Below, one piece after another: positions 1-10,016 of a stretch of 64,000 bases of DNA. Location: positions 32,001 to 96,000 of the forward strand of contig CAWDOD010000003.1 of assembly GCA_963803805.1 (NCBI GenBank). Reading direction: 5' to 3'. Each line of letters begins with the position of its first letter. The first letter of the stretch is position 1. Source of the DNA: an uncultured cyanobacterium (GTDB taxonomy: Bacteria; Cyanobacteriota; Cyanobacteriia; Cyanobacteriales; CAWCAG01). The notes beneath the pieces were generated by a model. It was not told where the DNA came from, searched no databases, and saw nothing but the letters and a program-made list of their open reading frames with translations. The position numbers were made by a program, and so were the translations under genes.

Positions 1-1
1 T

Positions 2-646
2 TTAATATTACCAATAATCTTAATTTTTGTATTCAAATTTCTCACCCCCTTACTCATTGAAAAAATTCCAATACTTGAAGATTACCGAACTTTGATAGCC
101 ATGTTTGCCAGTATTCAAACAGCCATAATGTTTGGTTTTGTTACCTCTTTCCTCATATTAGATGAAAAGGATGAAAATGTGATGCAAGTGATTCGTGTAT
201 TGCCCATATCCAGTTCGTATTTTATTCTATACAGATTATTGTTTGCGACTGTTTTCTCTTCAACTGCAGCATTTTTCATGATTACCTATACTGGAATTGC
301 TAATCCGGGAATATTTAATGCACTATTACTTTCAATACTTTATGGTTTAACGGCACCCACAATTTCATTAATCATTGCGACTTATGCTAAAAACAAAGTA
401 GAAGGAATGGCCTATTTTAAAGGTGTTGACTTATTATTAATGTTACCGCTAGCCAGCTTTTTTGTAGGGTCTAGCATCTCTCTTGTCTTTTCAATATTAC
501 CAACGTATTGGACATTTAAGTTCTATGATCATTCATTTAATGGAGAACCCTCACTCAATTATTTTATTATTGGTGCGCTCTTTTTTATCTCTCTTATTTC
601 AATACTAATTATTCAATTTAAAAAGCGAGTTTTTGGTCGGTCGTGA
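2..646 (+). CDS. ABC-2-type exporter permease (fluoroquinolone-export-like), 5' end outside window
   Basis: Frame open from base 2; multi-TM protein with LDEKDE..IRVLP and AKNKVEGMAYFK motifs typical of this permease family; followed by hairpin site 1. Confidence 0.65.
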   Translation, partial: LILPIILIFVFKFLTPLLIEKIPILEDYRTLIAMFASIQTAIMFGFVTSFLILDEKDENVMQVIRVLPISSSYFILYRLLFATVFSSTAAFFMITYTGIANPGIFNALLLSILYGLTAPTISLIIATYAKNKVEGMAYFKGVDLLLMLPLASFFVGSSISLVFSILPTYWTFKFYDHSFNGEPSLNYFIIGALFFISLISILIIQFKKRVFGRS

Positions 647-677
647 TTCTCATAATAATTTATTGGTTATTAAAACA

Positions 678-753
678 GGCGCTAACAACGTGTAAATTTC
701 ATAGCTGTTTCGTACCTTACAGCAACGTAAATTTACACTAAACGTTGTGGCTA
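678..753 (+). repeat. attC-like cassette recombination site 1
   Basis: GGCGCTAAC(678-686)-AAC-GTGTAAATT...AATTTACAC-TAAAC-GTTGTGGCTA(744-753); imperfect hairpin. Confidence 0.8.
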
Positions 754-1350
754 ATACGAAACAAAATCATCGTATACCTTAAGTCCCTTTTGACTCAAAT
801 AATTTTTTAATAACTGATTAACAGTTTTACAATATTCTGTTTTATTGTACTGAGAGGTAGGCAACAATTGGAAATAGGATGAACGAATACTGCCGCTCAA
901 AAACATAAGATACATGAAGTCATCCTCAATAAGTGAATCAATTAAAAACCCTTCAGCATAAAGTTTTTTTAACAGTTTCAGCCAAATCTGCTTTCTCTCG
1001 TCTTGTGACATGACCATTTTTGAGTAAACCCTCGGAAAATTTCGTTTAATCTCGACAAAATCTACTGTAAAAAATAGGTACTTGAGGCTAATATCATAAC
1101 TCATTAGAGGTAATGTCAAAAAGTATGTTAGTAAATTTTCATAAGCTGCAGGCGACTGTAAATCGGTTAATTCAACATTCATTTCTTTATAGATTTCCAA
1201 CACTAAATCTTCCTTAGTAGGATAATGGTAGGTTAAATTACCATAGCTTCTTTTCAACTCCTTACCAACATCACGAAGGCTTACATTGGTGACTCCGCTT
1301 TGATTGAAAAGTATTCTACTTTTCTCTTTTATCATTTTTTTTGTACTCAT
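751..1350 (-). CDS. TetR/AcrR family transcriptional regulator
   Basis: N-terminal HTH LFNQSGVTNVSLRDVGKEL..SYGNLTYHYPTKEDL; divergent from the hydrolase gene. Confidence 0.9.
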   Translation of the reverse strand: MSTKKMIKEKSRILFNQSGVTNVSLRDVGKELKRSYGNLTYHYPTKEDLVLEIYKEMNVELTDLQSPAAYENLLTYFLTLPLMSYDISLKYLFFTVDFVEIKRNFPRVYSKMVMSQDERKQIWLKLLKKLYAEGFLIDSLIEDDFMYLMFLSGSIRSSYFQLLPTSQYNKTEYCKTVNQLLKNYLSQKGLKVYDDFVSY

Positions 1351-1386
1351 ATTGCAAATTTAGTCCAAATGACCTAAATTTGCAAT
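1351..1386. promoter_or_regulatory. Divergent promoter / probable TetR operator palindrome
   Basis: Perfect 13-bp inverted repeat ATTGCAAATTTAG-N10-CTAAATTTGCAAT; each arm contains TAAATTTG, matching the Bacteroidota sigmaA -7 box TAnnTTTG. Confidence 0.65.
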
Positions 1387-1405
1387 TAAATTATAATTCA
1401 ATTGA

Positions 1406-2269
1406 ATGAAAAGCATATATAAAACACCCAAGGATAAGGAAAGTGTACTTGCACTTTACGATCAAAAATTGAAAAGCCTTAATTTTCCTTTTATAGAAAA
1501 AGATGTTGAAACAGCTTTCGGTAGGACAAGAGTGCTAATCTCAGGTAATGAGAAGGGTAAAAAAATTGTACTTTTTCATGGAATACATGCTGGCTCGCCA
1601 CTTAGCCTTGAAAGCATCAAGAATCTGCAGAAATTCTATGAAATTTATGCGATAGATACGATTGGTCAGGCCACGAAAAGTGCAGAAACTACCATTAATA
1701 TAAAAGATAATTCTTTTGCGCTATGGGCAGATGAAGTTTTAATCAAGTTGTCGATTGCACAGGCAGATTTTATAGGTGTCTCTTATGGTTCTTATATCCT
1801 TCAAAAATTAATTACACATCGACCGCAAAAAGTTGGAAAATGCATTTTTATAGTTCCAAGTGGTTTAGCCAACGGGGAACTATGGACATCTTTTAAAAAC
1901 CTTTCATTACCATTAATAAGATTTCAAATCACTAAGAAGGATGAAGACTTGAGAAAATTTGTTCGTCACTTTATACCAAATGATGATGATTATATGTTCG
2001 CTTTTCAACGAGCCATTTTAACAGGGCTTCACATGGACTATAGAAGACCTCAAATTCTACAAAAAAAAGATGTTGAACATTTTACTAACCCTGTATATAT
2101 TATAGCTGCAGATGATGATATATTCTTCCCTGCAGACAAATCAATTGCAAGAGCTAAAAAAGTGTTTAATAATTTGAAAGAAGTACATCTTTTAAAAAAC
2201 TGTAAACATATGCCTGATAAATCTCATTTTATAGAAATTGAGGATAAATTAAAAAAATGGATAAATTAA
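1406..2269 (+). CDS. alpha/beta fold hydrolase
   Basis: VLFHG oxyanion loop, GVSYG nucleophile elbow, C-terminal Asp/His (ADDDIFF, CKHMP). Confidence 0.9.
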   Translation: MKSIYKTPKDKESVLALYDQKLKSLNFPFIEKDVETAFGRTRVLISGNEKGKKIVLFHGIHAGSPLSLESIKNLQKFYEIYAIDTIGQATKSAETTINIKDNSFALWADEVLIKLSIAQADFIGVSYGSYILQKLITHRPQKVGKCIFIVPSGLANGELWTSFKNLSLPLIRFQITKKDEDLRKFVRHFIPNDDDYMFAFQRAILTGLHMDYRRPQILQKKDVEHFTNPVYIIAADDDIFFPADKSIARAKKVFNNLKEVHLLKNCKHMPDKSHFIEIEDKLKKWIN

Positions 2270-2279
2270 GAAGTATAAA

Positions 2280-2798
2280 ATGATTCTAGAAACCAAACGC
2301 TTAAAAATTATTCAGTGTGATGTAGAGATTTTAGAAGAAGCTGTAAAAGGCAATTCCAATATTGCTACTAAATTGGATGTGAAAGTGCCAGTGAATTGGA
2401 CAGAATTTGGCAAAGAAGCCTTAGAATATGTGATTAATAAGTTGGATGAGGATCCCTCTGAAAGAGGATGGTGGACGTATTTACCAATACACAAATCTGA
2501 AAACAAATTAATAGGAAGTGGAGGATATAAAGGCAAGCCAACACAAGGAGATGAAATAGAAATTGGCTACGAAATTGCTCCAGAATATAGAAATCAAGGC
2601 TTTGCCACAGAATTCACTATAGCATTAATTGAAAATGCTTTTAAAGATAACTGCGTAAAGCTAATCTCTGCGCATACGCTAGGAGAATTTAATCCATCTA
2701 CAAAAGTGTTAATGAAATGTGGATTTGAAAAAGTTGCCGAACTAAATGATCCAGATGAAGGAACCATTTGGAAATGGGAGTTAAAAAAAATACATTAA
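2280..2798 (+). CDS. GNAT N-acetyltransferase (RimJ/RimL type)
   Basis: EIGYEIAPEYRNQGFATE acetyl-CoA motif; N..S..VL.KCGF. Confidence 0.9.
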   Translation: MILETKRLKIIQCDVEILEEAVKGNSNIATKLDVKVPVNWTEFGKEALEYVINKLDEDPSERGWWTYLPIHKSENKLIGSGGYKGKPTQGDEIEIGYEIAPEYRNQGFATEFTIALIENAFKDNCVKLISAHTLGEFNPSTKVLMKCGFEKVAELNDPDEGTIWKWELKKIH

Positions 2799-2801
2799 AT
2801 T

Positions 2802-2969
2802 ATGAACACTAAATCCAATTATTTTTTACTTGCAGGGCTTATATTAATTTTCTTTCTCGTAGTTCAATATACAGATATCTATGGGAATTCTACTTGGTTT
2901 AAAGCGTTTTTATTAATATTAGTTATCTCACTTATTGGAGGTGGGATATCACATAAGCCAAAAAGTTGA
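2802..2969 (+). CDS. Small 55-aa two-TM membrane protein (not in ORF track)
   Basis: ATG 2802 to TGA 2969: MNTKSNYFLLAGLILIFFLVVQYTDIYGNSTWFKAFLLILVISLIGGGISHKPKS; fills the gap between two GNAT genes. Confidence 0.55.
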   Translation: MNTKSNYFLLAGLILIFFLVVQYTDIYGNSTWFKAFLLILVISLIGGGISHKPKS

Positions 2970-2993
2970 AATGAATTCTAAAATGAAGAACTT

Positions 2994-3521
2994 GTGATAA
3001 AAACAAAAAGAACCTTAATAAGACCTATCAATCAAGAAGACGCAAACGCAGTTTTTAATTATAGATCTGATTCTAAAACAAACCAATTTCAGGGTTGGAT
3101 TCCAAAGACTTTAGAAGATGTAAACGAAATTATACTTAAAAACCCTGCTGAGTTTAATGTTCCTGAAACTTGGTTTCAACTTGTAATTATTGAAACTAAT
3201 TCTGATAAAATAATTGGAGATATTGGCATTCACTTTTCTGATGAAAGAAATTTACAATGTGAAATTGGATGTACTTTGAATAAAGCGTATCAAAAAAAGG
3301 GATTTGCGTCAGAAACACTTCAAGCTGTGATAGATCATTTGTTCACAAAATTAGAGAAGCATAGGATTTTCGCTTCATTAGATCCTAAAAATGAAAATTC
3401 TGTTAACCTATTAGAAAGGCTTGGATTTAGAAAGGAAGCACACTTCAAACAAAGTTTGTGGTTTAGAGGAAAATGGGTTGATGATATGGTATTTGCCATA
3501 TTAAAAATCGAATGGAAATAA
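2994..3521 (+). CDS. GNAT N-acetyltransferase (RimJ/RimL type)
   Basis: EIGCTLNKAYQKKGFASE; NENSVNLLERLGFRKEAHF...WVDD. Confidence 0.9.
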   Translation: MIKTKRTLIRPINQEDANAVFNYRSDSKTNQFQGWIPKTLEDVNEIILKNPAEFNVPETWFQLVIIETNSDKIIGDIGIHFSDERNLQCEIGCTLNKAYQKKGFASETLQAVIDHLFTKLEKHRIFASLDPKNENSVNLLERLGFRKEAHFKQSLWFRGKWVDDMVFAILKIEWK

Positions 3522-3528
3522 AAAGTAC

Positions 3529-3664
3529 TAGCCACAACATTGGCTAAGAAAACATAGGGCAGTAATTACTTTCAGAAAGGTTAGTTCATTTAGCAAGCTT
3601 TAGTTTCGGTGGATAAATAATCACTCCGAAAGCCCAACGTTTCTTAGCCTAAAGGTTGGCAATA
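3529..3664 (+). repeat. attC-like site 2
   Basis: TAGCCACAAC(3529-3538)..GGCTAAGAAA...TTTCTTAGCC-TAAAG-GTTGGCAATA(3655-3664); near-paralog of site 5. Confidence 0.85.
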
Positions 3665-3667
3665 ATT

Positions 3668-4924
3668 ATGAAGAAAATGACGAATAAAGTATTCTACCTT
3701 ACAATTTTCATATTGAGTTTTCTTTCTTGCAAAACAGAAATGAAACCTAAAACTGAGATTCTTGAAAGCGAAAAAGCTGAAAAAATTGATATTCTCGCAA
3801 ACCGCTATCTTGATTTAGGTCGTTTCAGTGGAGTTGTTTTGGTAACCAAAGGCGATACAATTCTTTACGAAAATAGTTTTGGTTTAGCGGATTATGAAAA
3901 CAATAGATCCTTTTCTAATAAAACCACTTTTAAAATTGGGGAAATTTCCGAAATAGTTACTGCGAATATTGTTAAAGAAATGGCTAAAAAGGAGAAATTC
4001 AAATTAACAGACAAAATTTCGAATTACATTCCAGAATTCAAATCAGACTTCACAATTAATGATTTGCTAAATCATAAAACTAATTTACCAAGCTTGCAAA
4101 CTATTCAAGAACAAAATCCAGAGCTGGAATATTCAACTATCGATTATGCGAACTTAGCACTTCAATCATCTGAAAAAACTAAACGAAGTGATTTAAACTA
4201 TAATATTTTGGGATTGCTGATAGAAAAAATAAGCGGTAAAACCTTTCAAGAAAATATAGAAAATTATAGCAAGGAATTGAGTTTAGAAAACACATATTTT
4301 CAAAAAACTGATTCATCCTTGGCAGTTGGCTATCTATATCATAACCATCAAGGCAATGGACTTGAATTACAAAAAGCACCTGTTTCTAATGATGATATTA
4401 CATTTAGTAGCAAAGGAATAAAATCAACAGCAAATGATTTGGCAAAAATCATAAGTTCAAATTTCTCGGATAAATTAGAAATTGATGGCTATTATGACGG
4501 TTTTAGTTATTCGGTAGTTAATAATTCACAGACCCAAATTGCAATTGTTGTTCTATCAAATCGCAGACATCCAGTTGCAAAGGAAATTTCAAATAGTATT
4601 GAATCGATACTTGAAAATAAAGAATACTCACTTCCTTTGGCAAGAGAACAAATTGGCATTGACAAAAATTTGTTAAAGGATTATTCGGGATTCTATTCTC
4701 TAAACGAAAATATGAATTTAGAAGTCATCAATGAAAATGATAGTCTATTTGTAATGATGGGGCCAAATAAAATACATTTATTGCCTCAATCGGAAAACCA
4801 ATTTTATATGAAACAAACAGATGGGGCTATGCGGTTTTTGAGAGATACAGATAATAAGGTAAAGGAAGTTGAATTATTAGATGGATTTTTAGAAGGCAAT
4901 AAAATTAAACGCGTGGAAAAATAA
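3668..4924 (+). CDS. Serine hydrolase/beta-lactamase-fold lipoprotein with C-terminal DUF3471-like domain, SxxK motif degenerate
   Basis: Lipobox FLSC; FSGVVLV, FKIGEISE (canonical F.I.SxxK), LLNHKTNL, SDLNYNILGLLIEKISG; ATG at 3668 preferred over TTG 3656, which lies inside the site. Confidence 0.8.
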   Translation: MKKMTNKVFYLTIFILSFLSCKTEMKPKTEILESEKAEKIDILANRYLDLGRFSGVVLVTKGDTILYENSFGLADYENNRSFSNKTTFKIGEISEIVTANIVKEMAKKEKFKLTDKISNYIPEFKSDFTINDLLNHKTNLPSLQTIQEQNPELEYSTIDYANLALQSSEKTKRSDLNYNILGLLIEKISGKTFQENIENYSKELSLENTYFQKTDSSLAVGYLYHNHQGNGLELQKAPVSNDDITFSSKGIKSTANDLAKIISSNFSDKLEIDGYYDGFSYSVVNNSQTQIAIVVLSNRRHPVAKEISNSIESILENKEYSLPLAREQIGIDKNLLKDYSGFYSLNENMNLEVINENDSLFVMMGPNKIHLLPQSENQFYMKQTDGAMRFLRDTDNKVKEVELLDGFLEGNKIKRVEK

Positions 4925-4925
4925 C

Positions 4926-5061
4926 TATTGCCAACAACGGCTATAAGCAATTGGGGTTTAGGTGCTTAACCTAAAATTAAAATATAAAACAAAGGTCTGT
5001 GCTAAACTGAAAAGTAAGAGCAAAAAATCCCCAACTGCTCATAGCCACGACCGTTAGCGGT
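4926..5061 (+). repeat. attC-like site 3
   Basis: TATTGCCAAC(4926-4935)-AAC-GGCTATAAGCAATTGGGG...CCCCAACTGCTCATAGCC-ACGACC-GTTAGCGGT(5053-5061). Confidence 0.85.
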
Positions 5062-5086
5062 CAGCTAAAAAACATTACGGTAAACA

Positions 5087-6077
5087 ATGAAAGTAGAAGA
5101 CATAAAATCATTTGACGGACAACATTGCGAGACAACAGCGACAGGAACATTGTTGCGACAACTCGACATTGAACTTTCCGAACCAATGCTTTTTGGTTTA
5201 GGTGAAGGACTTGGGTTCATCTTTTGGAATATGAAGACAATGGACTTTCCATTTATTGGTGGACGAGTAAAAACCGACCTTGTAACACAAAATATCGCAA
5301 GAAATCTGAACCTTGAATTGACCGTTAAGGAAACTTCATCAGTAAAAAAGGCTTGGGACAGCGTAAAAAAACTAATTAACAATGGAAAAGTAGTCGGTTT
5401 AAAATTGGACTGTTACCATTTGCAATATTTTTCTCGACCATTTCATTTTGCAGGACATTATGTTGCAATTTACAACTATGACAACGAAAATGCTTTTTTG
5501 GTGGACACCAAACAGCAAGGCGGACAAGTAAAAACAAGTTTGAAAAGTTTGGAGTTGGCAAGAGCAGAAAAAGGACCAATGTCCTCTAAAAATTTGTTTT
5601 ACACAATTAACAAGACTGACAAAGACTTTGCCCTGAAAGAAGCGATTATTACAGCAATAAGAAATAACGCAACTGATTATTTAAATCCACCAATTACAAA
5701 TATTGGTTATAAAGGGATTTTAAAAACAAGCAAAGAAATAATCAAGTGGTTTAATACCAGTAAAGACATTGAAAACGAATTTAGCGCTTCTGCAATGATT
5801 ATGGAAAAAGCAGGAACAGGCGGAGCGCTATAGAAACTTGTACAGAGACTTTTTAAAAGAAAGTTGCGACTTGCTTAAACTTGACGAACTAAAATCAGGA
5901 CACAAAGCATTTATTGAAATTGCTACACTTTGGACTACAGTTGCAGAACTCTTTGAGAAGGTGAGTAAAACGAATGACTTTAAGTATGTTCAACAAGCAG
6001 CAGACATTTTAAAAACAATATCTGACAAAGAAAAAAAGGCAATGGAAATGTTGAGTAAAATAAAGCCGAACCGCTAA
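5087..6077 (+). pseudogene. BtrH N-terminal / DUF4872 family protein, frameshifted near 5831
   Basis: GQHCETTA..MLFGLGEGLGF..HFAGHY; reading GGAL-[F]-RNLYRDFL continues in the next ORF (5838-6077) if 2 nt are restored; stop codon overlaps site 4. Confidence 0.75.
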
Positions 6078-6204
6078 CAATGTGTATAAAAATAGGCGAA
6101 ACAGTAATAAATTCAAGGCTTATGGCTCGTATCAAAGTTTGTGCTTCACCGAAAGTTTAGTGCTTCAAAATCGCCTACTTTTCATATATTAAACGTTGTG
6201 GCTA
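6070..6204 (+). repeat. attC-like site 4
   Basis: ACCGCTAAC(6070-6078)-AAT-GTGTATAAAAATAGGCGA...TCGCCTACTTTTCATATAT-TAAAC-GTTGTGGCTA(6195-6204); near-paralog of site 9. Confidence 0.85.
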
Positions 6205-6240
6205 ATACAAAACAGACATTCAACTAAAGAGACAGACTTT

Positions 6241-6786
6241 ATGAAAAAGATAATTTATTATGTAGCGAGTTCATTAGATGGATATATCGCAGGAGAAAAT
6301 GACGATATAAGCAAGTTTATTTTGCAGGGCAAAGGAGTTGAAAAATATCAATCCGATCTTGCAAACTTCGGAACAGTTATTATGGGGCGAAAAACTTATG
6401 AATTTGGTTTTCAATATGGACTTGAACCAGGACAACCTGCCTACCCGAATATGGAACATCACATTTTTTCCAATTCACTAAAAATCGATAACCTATCTGA
6501 ATCTGTGAAAATTGAAAAACTTAGCATTGAAAAAGTGAATAATATCCGACAAAATGCTAAGACAGACATTTATTTATGTGGTGGCGGCCAGTTAGCAGGT
6601 TGGCTATTAGAGAACGGACTGATTGACCAATTAAAACTTAAATTAAACCCAATAGTACTCGGAAAAGGAACGAAATTATTTGGTTTTTCAACTGCAAATG
6701 AAAATTGGGAACTAACTGAGACAGAATCCTTTTCAGATGGACTTCTAATATTGACTTACGACAAGAAAAAAATAAATAGTTACTAG
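6241..6786 (+). CDS. Dihydrofolate reductase-like / RibD C-terminal family protein
   Basis: YYVASSLDGYIA, VIMGRKTYE, IYLCGGGQLA, NPIVLGKGTKLF; ATG 6241; TAG stop lies within site 5. Confidence 0.9.
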   Translation: MKKIIYYVASSLDGYIAGENDDISKFILQGKGVEKYQSDLANFGTVIMGRKTYEFGFQYGLEPGQPAYPNMEHHIFSNSLKIDNLSESVKIEKLSIEKVNNIRQNAKTDIYLCGGGQLAGWLLENGLIDQLKLKLNPIVLGKGTKLFGFSTANENWELTETESFSDGLLILTYDKKKINSY

Positions 6787-6918
6787 CCACAACAATGGCT
6801 AAGAAAACATAGGGCAGATAAGGCTTTCAGAAAGGTTCGTGCACTTAACAAACTTCAGTTTCGGTGGACAGTAAAATCGCTTCGAAAGCCCTACGTTCCT
6901 TAGCCAAGCGTTAGCGGC
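6784..6918 (+). repeat. attC-like site 5
   Basis: TAGCCACAAC(6784-6793)-AAT-GGCTAAGAAAACATAGGGC...GCCCTACGTTCCTTAGCC-AAGC-GTTAGCGGC(6910-6918). Confidence 0.85.
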
Positions 6919-6930
6919 AATGATATTACC

Positions 6931-8021
6931 ATGAATAAAGCCAATTTTCTACTACTAATAATTGCAATTCTTTTTGGCCATACGTCAAAAGCACAGGAGA
7001 GATATTTAAAATTGGATTCCCTTCTAACCACTCGATATCAAAATCAAGAATTTTCAGGTGTTGTGATTGTTGCTGAAGGAGATGAAATTACCTATGCAAA
7101 TGCACTTGGATATGCAGATTATGAACAAAGAATTCCATTGAACCTTTCTACCCAGTTTGATCTATCATCCGGATCAAAACTTTTCACAGCCGTTGCAATA
7201 GCTCAACTGGTCGAACAAAATAAATTATCTTTTCATACAAAAGTCTCGGAATTTTTCCCGAACTATCTTTTGCTTCCAAGGTGGATGTACATCAGTTAAT
7301 GACCCATTCTTCTGGACTGGGAAACTTTCAAACGGTCAAAGGCTTCAGTTATCAAAATATTAATTCATGTATTGACGCCTTGCCATTTATAAAAGACGAA
7401 CTATTACTCTACGAACCAGGCGACAGTGCATATTATGCTACTTCCAACCTGCTGGTACTGGGGGCAATGGTTGAAAAAATCTCAGGACTTCCTTTTCCAG
7501 AATATGTCAAGAAAAACATCTCGGAAAAACTCGGTCTTGACAGAACAACCTTTGATACATACTTCTACATTCAGGATTATGCAGGACGCGATGGGCGATT
7601 TGCTAAGGGATATATTAAAAATGAAGAGGGGCAAATAGTCGAAAAGAACAGATACGAAAATGAAAGGACTCACTTAACTCTATCAGCCGGTGGAATGTGG
7701 GCGAGTGCCGCAGATTTGTTCAAATTTGACAGAGCTATCTTTTCAGGTAACTTATTTAATAAAGAACTCCTTAAACCGATGACTGCCCATCATGTTTTTA
7801 CCGGATGGGAAGGCACTTATTTCGGCTATGTTTTTAATATCATCAATGTGAAGACGCACAAGGAGGGTGTTGGTCATGCAGGAAATAGTTCGGGGCATCA
7901 CAGCTTTAACTTTCACTATGAAAACAAGGATACAACACTAATTATTTTGACCAACTATGGATTCATTGACATTTTTGAATTAGCACATAGCCAAATTGAA
8001 CCCATACTATTTGACGAATAA
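6931..8021 (+). pseudogene. Serine hydrolase (beta-lactamase class C-like), frameshifted near 7260
   Basis: Signal peptide, FDLSSGSK (SxxK), LMTHSSGL, YATSN, GHAGN; two ORFs join as FFP[E]LSFASKVDVHQL with one base restored. Confidence 0.8.
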
Positions 8022-8022
8022 A

Positions 8023-8143
8023 GCCGCTAACAAACGATATAGCATATGCCTCTATGAAGTTACTTGAAACTGTTCTGCAAAACCGCTAGATTGTAGATGT
8101 TAAAATAGTTCAGAGGCACATACCATATCTGGTCATTAGAGCC
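8023..8143 (+). repeat. attC-like site 6 (right core ATT instead of GTT)
   Basis: GCCGCTAAC(8023-8031)..GATATAGCATATGCCTCT...AGAGGCACATACCATATC-TGGTC-ATTAGAGCC(8135-8143). Confidence 0.8.
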
Positions 8144-8149
8144 AATACC

Positions 8150-8719
8150 ATGATTCGATATTTTCTACTAATTATCATAATGTCTGCATGCTCTCCTACT
8201 AACGAGGATTGTTTAGAAAAACTGAACAGCGAGCTTGGCTCTAAGTATTCTGAGCCTCTTGACGAGTTGACCCATGAATTCGAACGTATTGTGATGAAAT
8301 CAGACGGTTCAAGTTTCCCAGATAAATGTAGGAATTTCCTAAAACCTCTTGCATCTGGGAAGGATCAAGAATTCTTCTCAAAAATTGTCAAGAGAGAAGA
8401 GCTTGTGAACGCTGTTAGTGGATTGGACACTATGATTTTCAAGTATGAATACTATAAAACGGATAGCCTCTCAACTAAGAAATATATTTCGAACAAATGG
8501 AACGGTAACTTTATCAAAGCGCTATCAACCTTAACGGAATGTGACGAATTGATTTCCGGATATGTAGAAACTATAGTGGAAACTGGGGGAATAGGACCTG
8601 TTCTAGTGGCGAATGGAGCAATTGTTAATTACAGTGATGAAGAATTCAACAACCCAATTGTCAAGCGAATACTGGCAGTGGAAGTTCTTCTACCTTACTT
8701 GACATATTCTCCTGACTAA
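8150..8719 (+). CDS. Hypothetical lipoprotein
   Basis: Hydrophobic N-terminus ending MSAC (lipobox); single-gene cassette. Confidence 0.7.
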   Translation: MIRYFLLIIIMSACSPTNEDCLEKLNSELGSKYSEPLDELTHEFERIVMKSDGSSFPDKCRNFLKPLASGKDQEFFSKIVKREELVNAVSGLDTMIFKYEYYKTDSLSTKKYISNKWNGNFIKALSTLTECDELISGYVETIVETGGIGPVLVANGAIVNYSDEEFNNPIVKRILAVEVLLPYLTYSPD

Positions 8720-8723
8720 AAAA

Positions 8724-8942
8724 GGCTCTAACATTACCTAAAAATGCATTTGCTTACTGCTTCTAGCAAGTTGAGCATATAATTCTCCACAAAGCCAATC
8801 ACTTATCTTCCTTTAAAAAGAGGGTTGTCGAAGTGCTTCTCTCCTTTTACTGCTTTGCAATTGTAGTTACGGTTTGGCTTTGCTACTTTAGTACTTCGTC
8901 AGCGAATTGCGGCAAACGCATTTTAGCCGGGCGTTGTAGCAC
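8724..8942 (+). repeat. attC-like site 7 (long, ~220 bp)
   Basis: GGCTCTAAC(8724-8732)..CTAAAAATGCATTTGC...GCAAACGCATTTTAG..GTTGTAGCAC(8933-8942); inner AAAGCCAA/TTGGCTTT pair. Confidence 0.75.
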
Positions 8943-9012
8943 ATTTCTGAAAACTGCTTCATTTGAAATTTTGTAACTTGGAACCAACTAACAACCAACC
9001 GACTACATCAAT

Positions 9013-10008
9013 ATGAAACGATTTATTAGCTCAAAACCAATAATTAGCTATCTACTAATCGCATATTTAATCACATTCTCATTCTGGTTTGCACCAAATA
9101 TATTTGAAGTAACTACAGACATTAGATTTGGACTTTTTACTATTGGAGGATGTGGACCTTTAATTGCAGCATATCTGGTTATGCTCATTCAATCTGAAAG
9201 GAAAATTGAAATACCATCTTTGAAAATCTTCTTTCTCTTCTTCTTTCTCTCATTATTTTCTATCACTGCCCTAATGTACTCTATAGATTTAGGAAATATA
9301 AATGAAGAAGGCTTCACACCAAGATTACAGAATGTTAGTATCCTAGGTTGGCTACTAGTATTATTGTTTTGTTTTATTACCGGACTTAACGCTAGTAATG
9401 CAGCAAACACAAAATTAAAAGAGAATTATCTGAAAACATTCTTGTTTGAAAATCAAAAATTAAAATGGTACGCTATTGCCCTTTTAATATTCCCTACACT
9501 TTCAATGCTTGGGTATTTTCTCGGGGATTTTCTTGGATTCAAGTTGACTGATTTTTTTATAAAATATGAACCTTTTTGGCTGTTGACATTTCTGGGTACT
9601 TTCCTATACTTTGGCGGAAACGAGGAATTTGGATGGAGAGGATTTATGCAAAAGGAACTACAAAAGAAATACAGTCCATTAATTAGTGCTTTACTTATAA
9701 GTGTAGCTTGGAACTTTTGGCATCTACCAATGCATTATAATGGAATTTATTCAACAGGCGGGATTGCAGACCTTCTTCCAAGATTTTTATTGATAGTACC
9801 TCATACTATAATGCTAACTTGGTTATTCAATAAGTCAAAATATTCATTACTTGCCGTAGTTCTTTTACATACAATGCATAATAGTTTCACCAGTATATTT
9901 GGTGGAGCAAGAGAAAGTCTATTCATTCTTCAAATGCTATTTTGTGTCATTGTAATAATAAAAGAAAAAATGTGGAAAAAAATAGACTACAGTAAGGTAA
10001 TTGATTAA
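9013..10008 (+). CDS. CPBP (CAAX/Abi) family intramembrane metalloprotease
   Basis: EEFGWRG, WNFWHLP, HTMHN motifs; multi-TM. Confidence 0.9.
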   Translation: MKRFISSKPIISYLLIAYLITFSFWFAPNIFEVTTDIRFGLFTIGGCGPLIAAYLVMLIQSERKIEIPSLKIFFLFFFLSLFSITALMYSIDLGNINEEGFTPRLQNVSILGWLLVLLFCFITGLNASNAANTKLKENYLKTFLFENQKLKWYAIALLIFPTLSMLGYFLGDFLGFKLTDFFIKYEPFWLLTFLGTFLYFGGNEEFGWRGFMQKELQKKYSPLISALLISVAWNFWHLPMHYNGIYSTGGIADLLPRFLLIVPHTIMLTWLFNKSKYSLLAVVLLHTMHNSFTSIFGGARESLFILQMLFCVIVIIKEKMWKKIDYSKVID

Positions 10009-10016
10009 TAAAAAAC

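Noticed and set aside
6241-8021. Bona fide dfrA or ampC resistance cassettes
   Set aside because: The sequences fit the broad RibD_C/DHFR-like and generic serine-hydrolase families; resistance cannot be inferred from the motifs.
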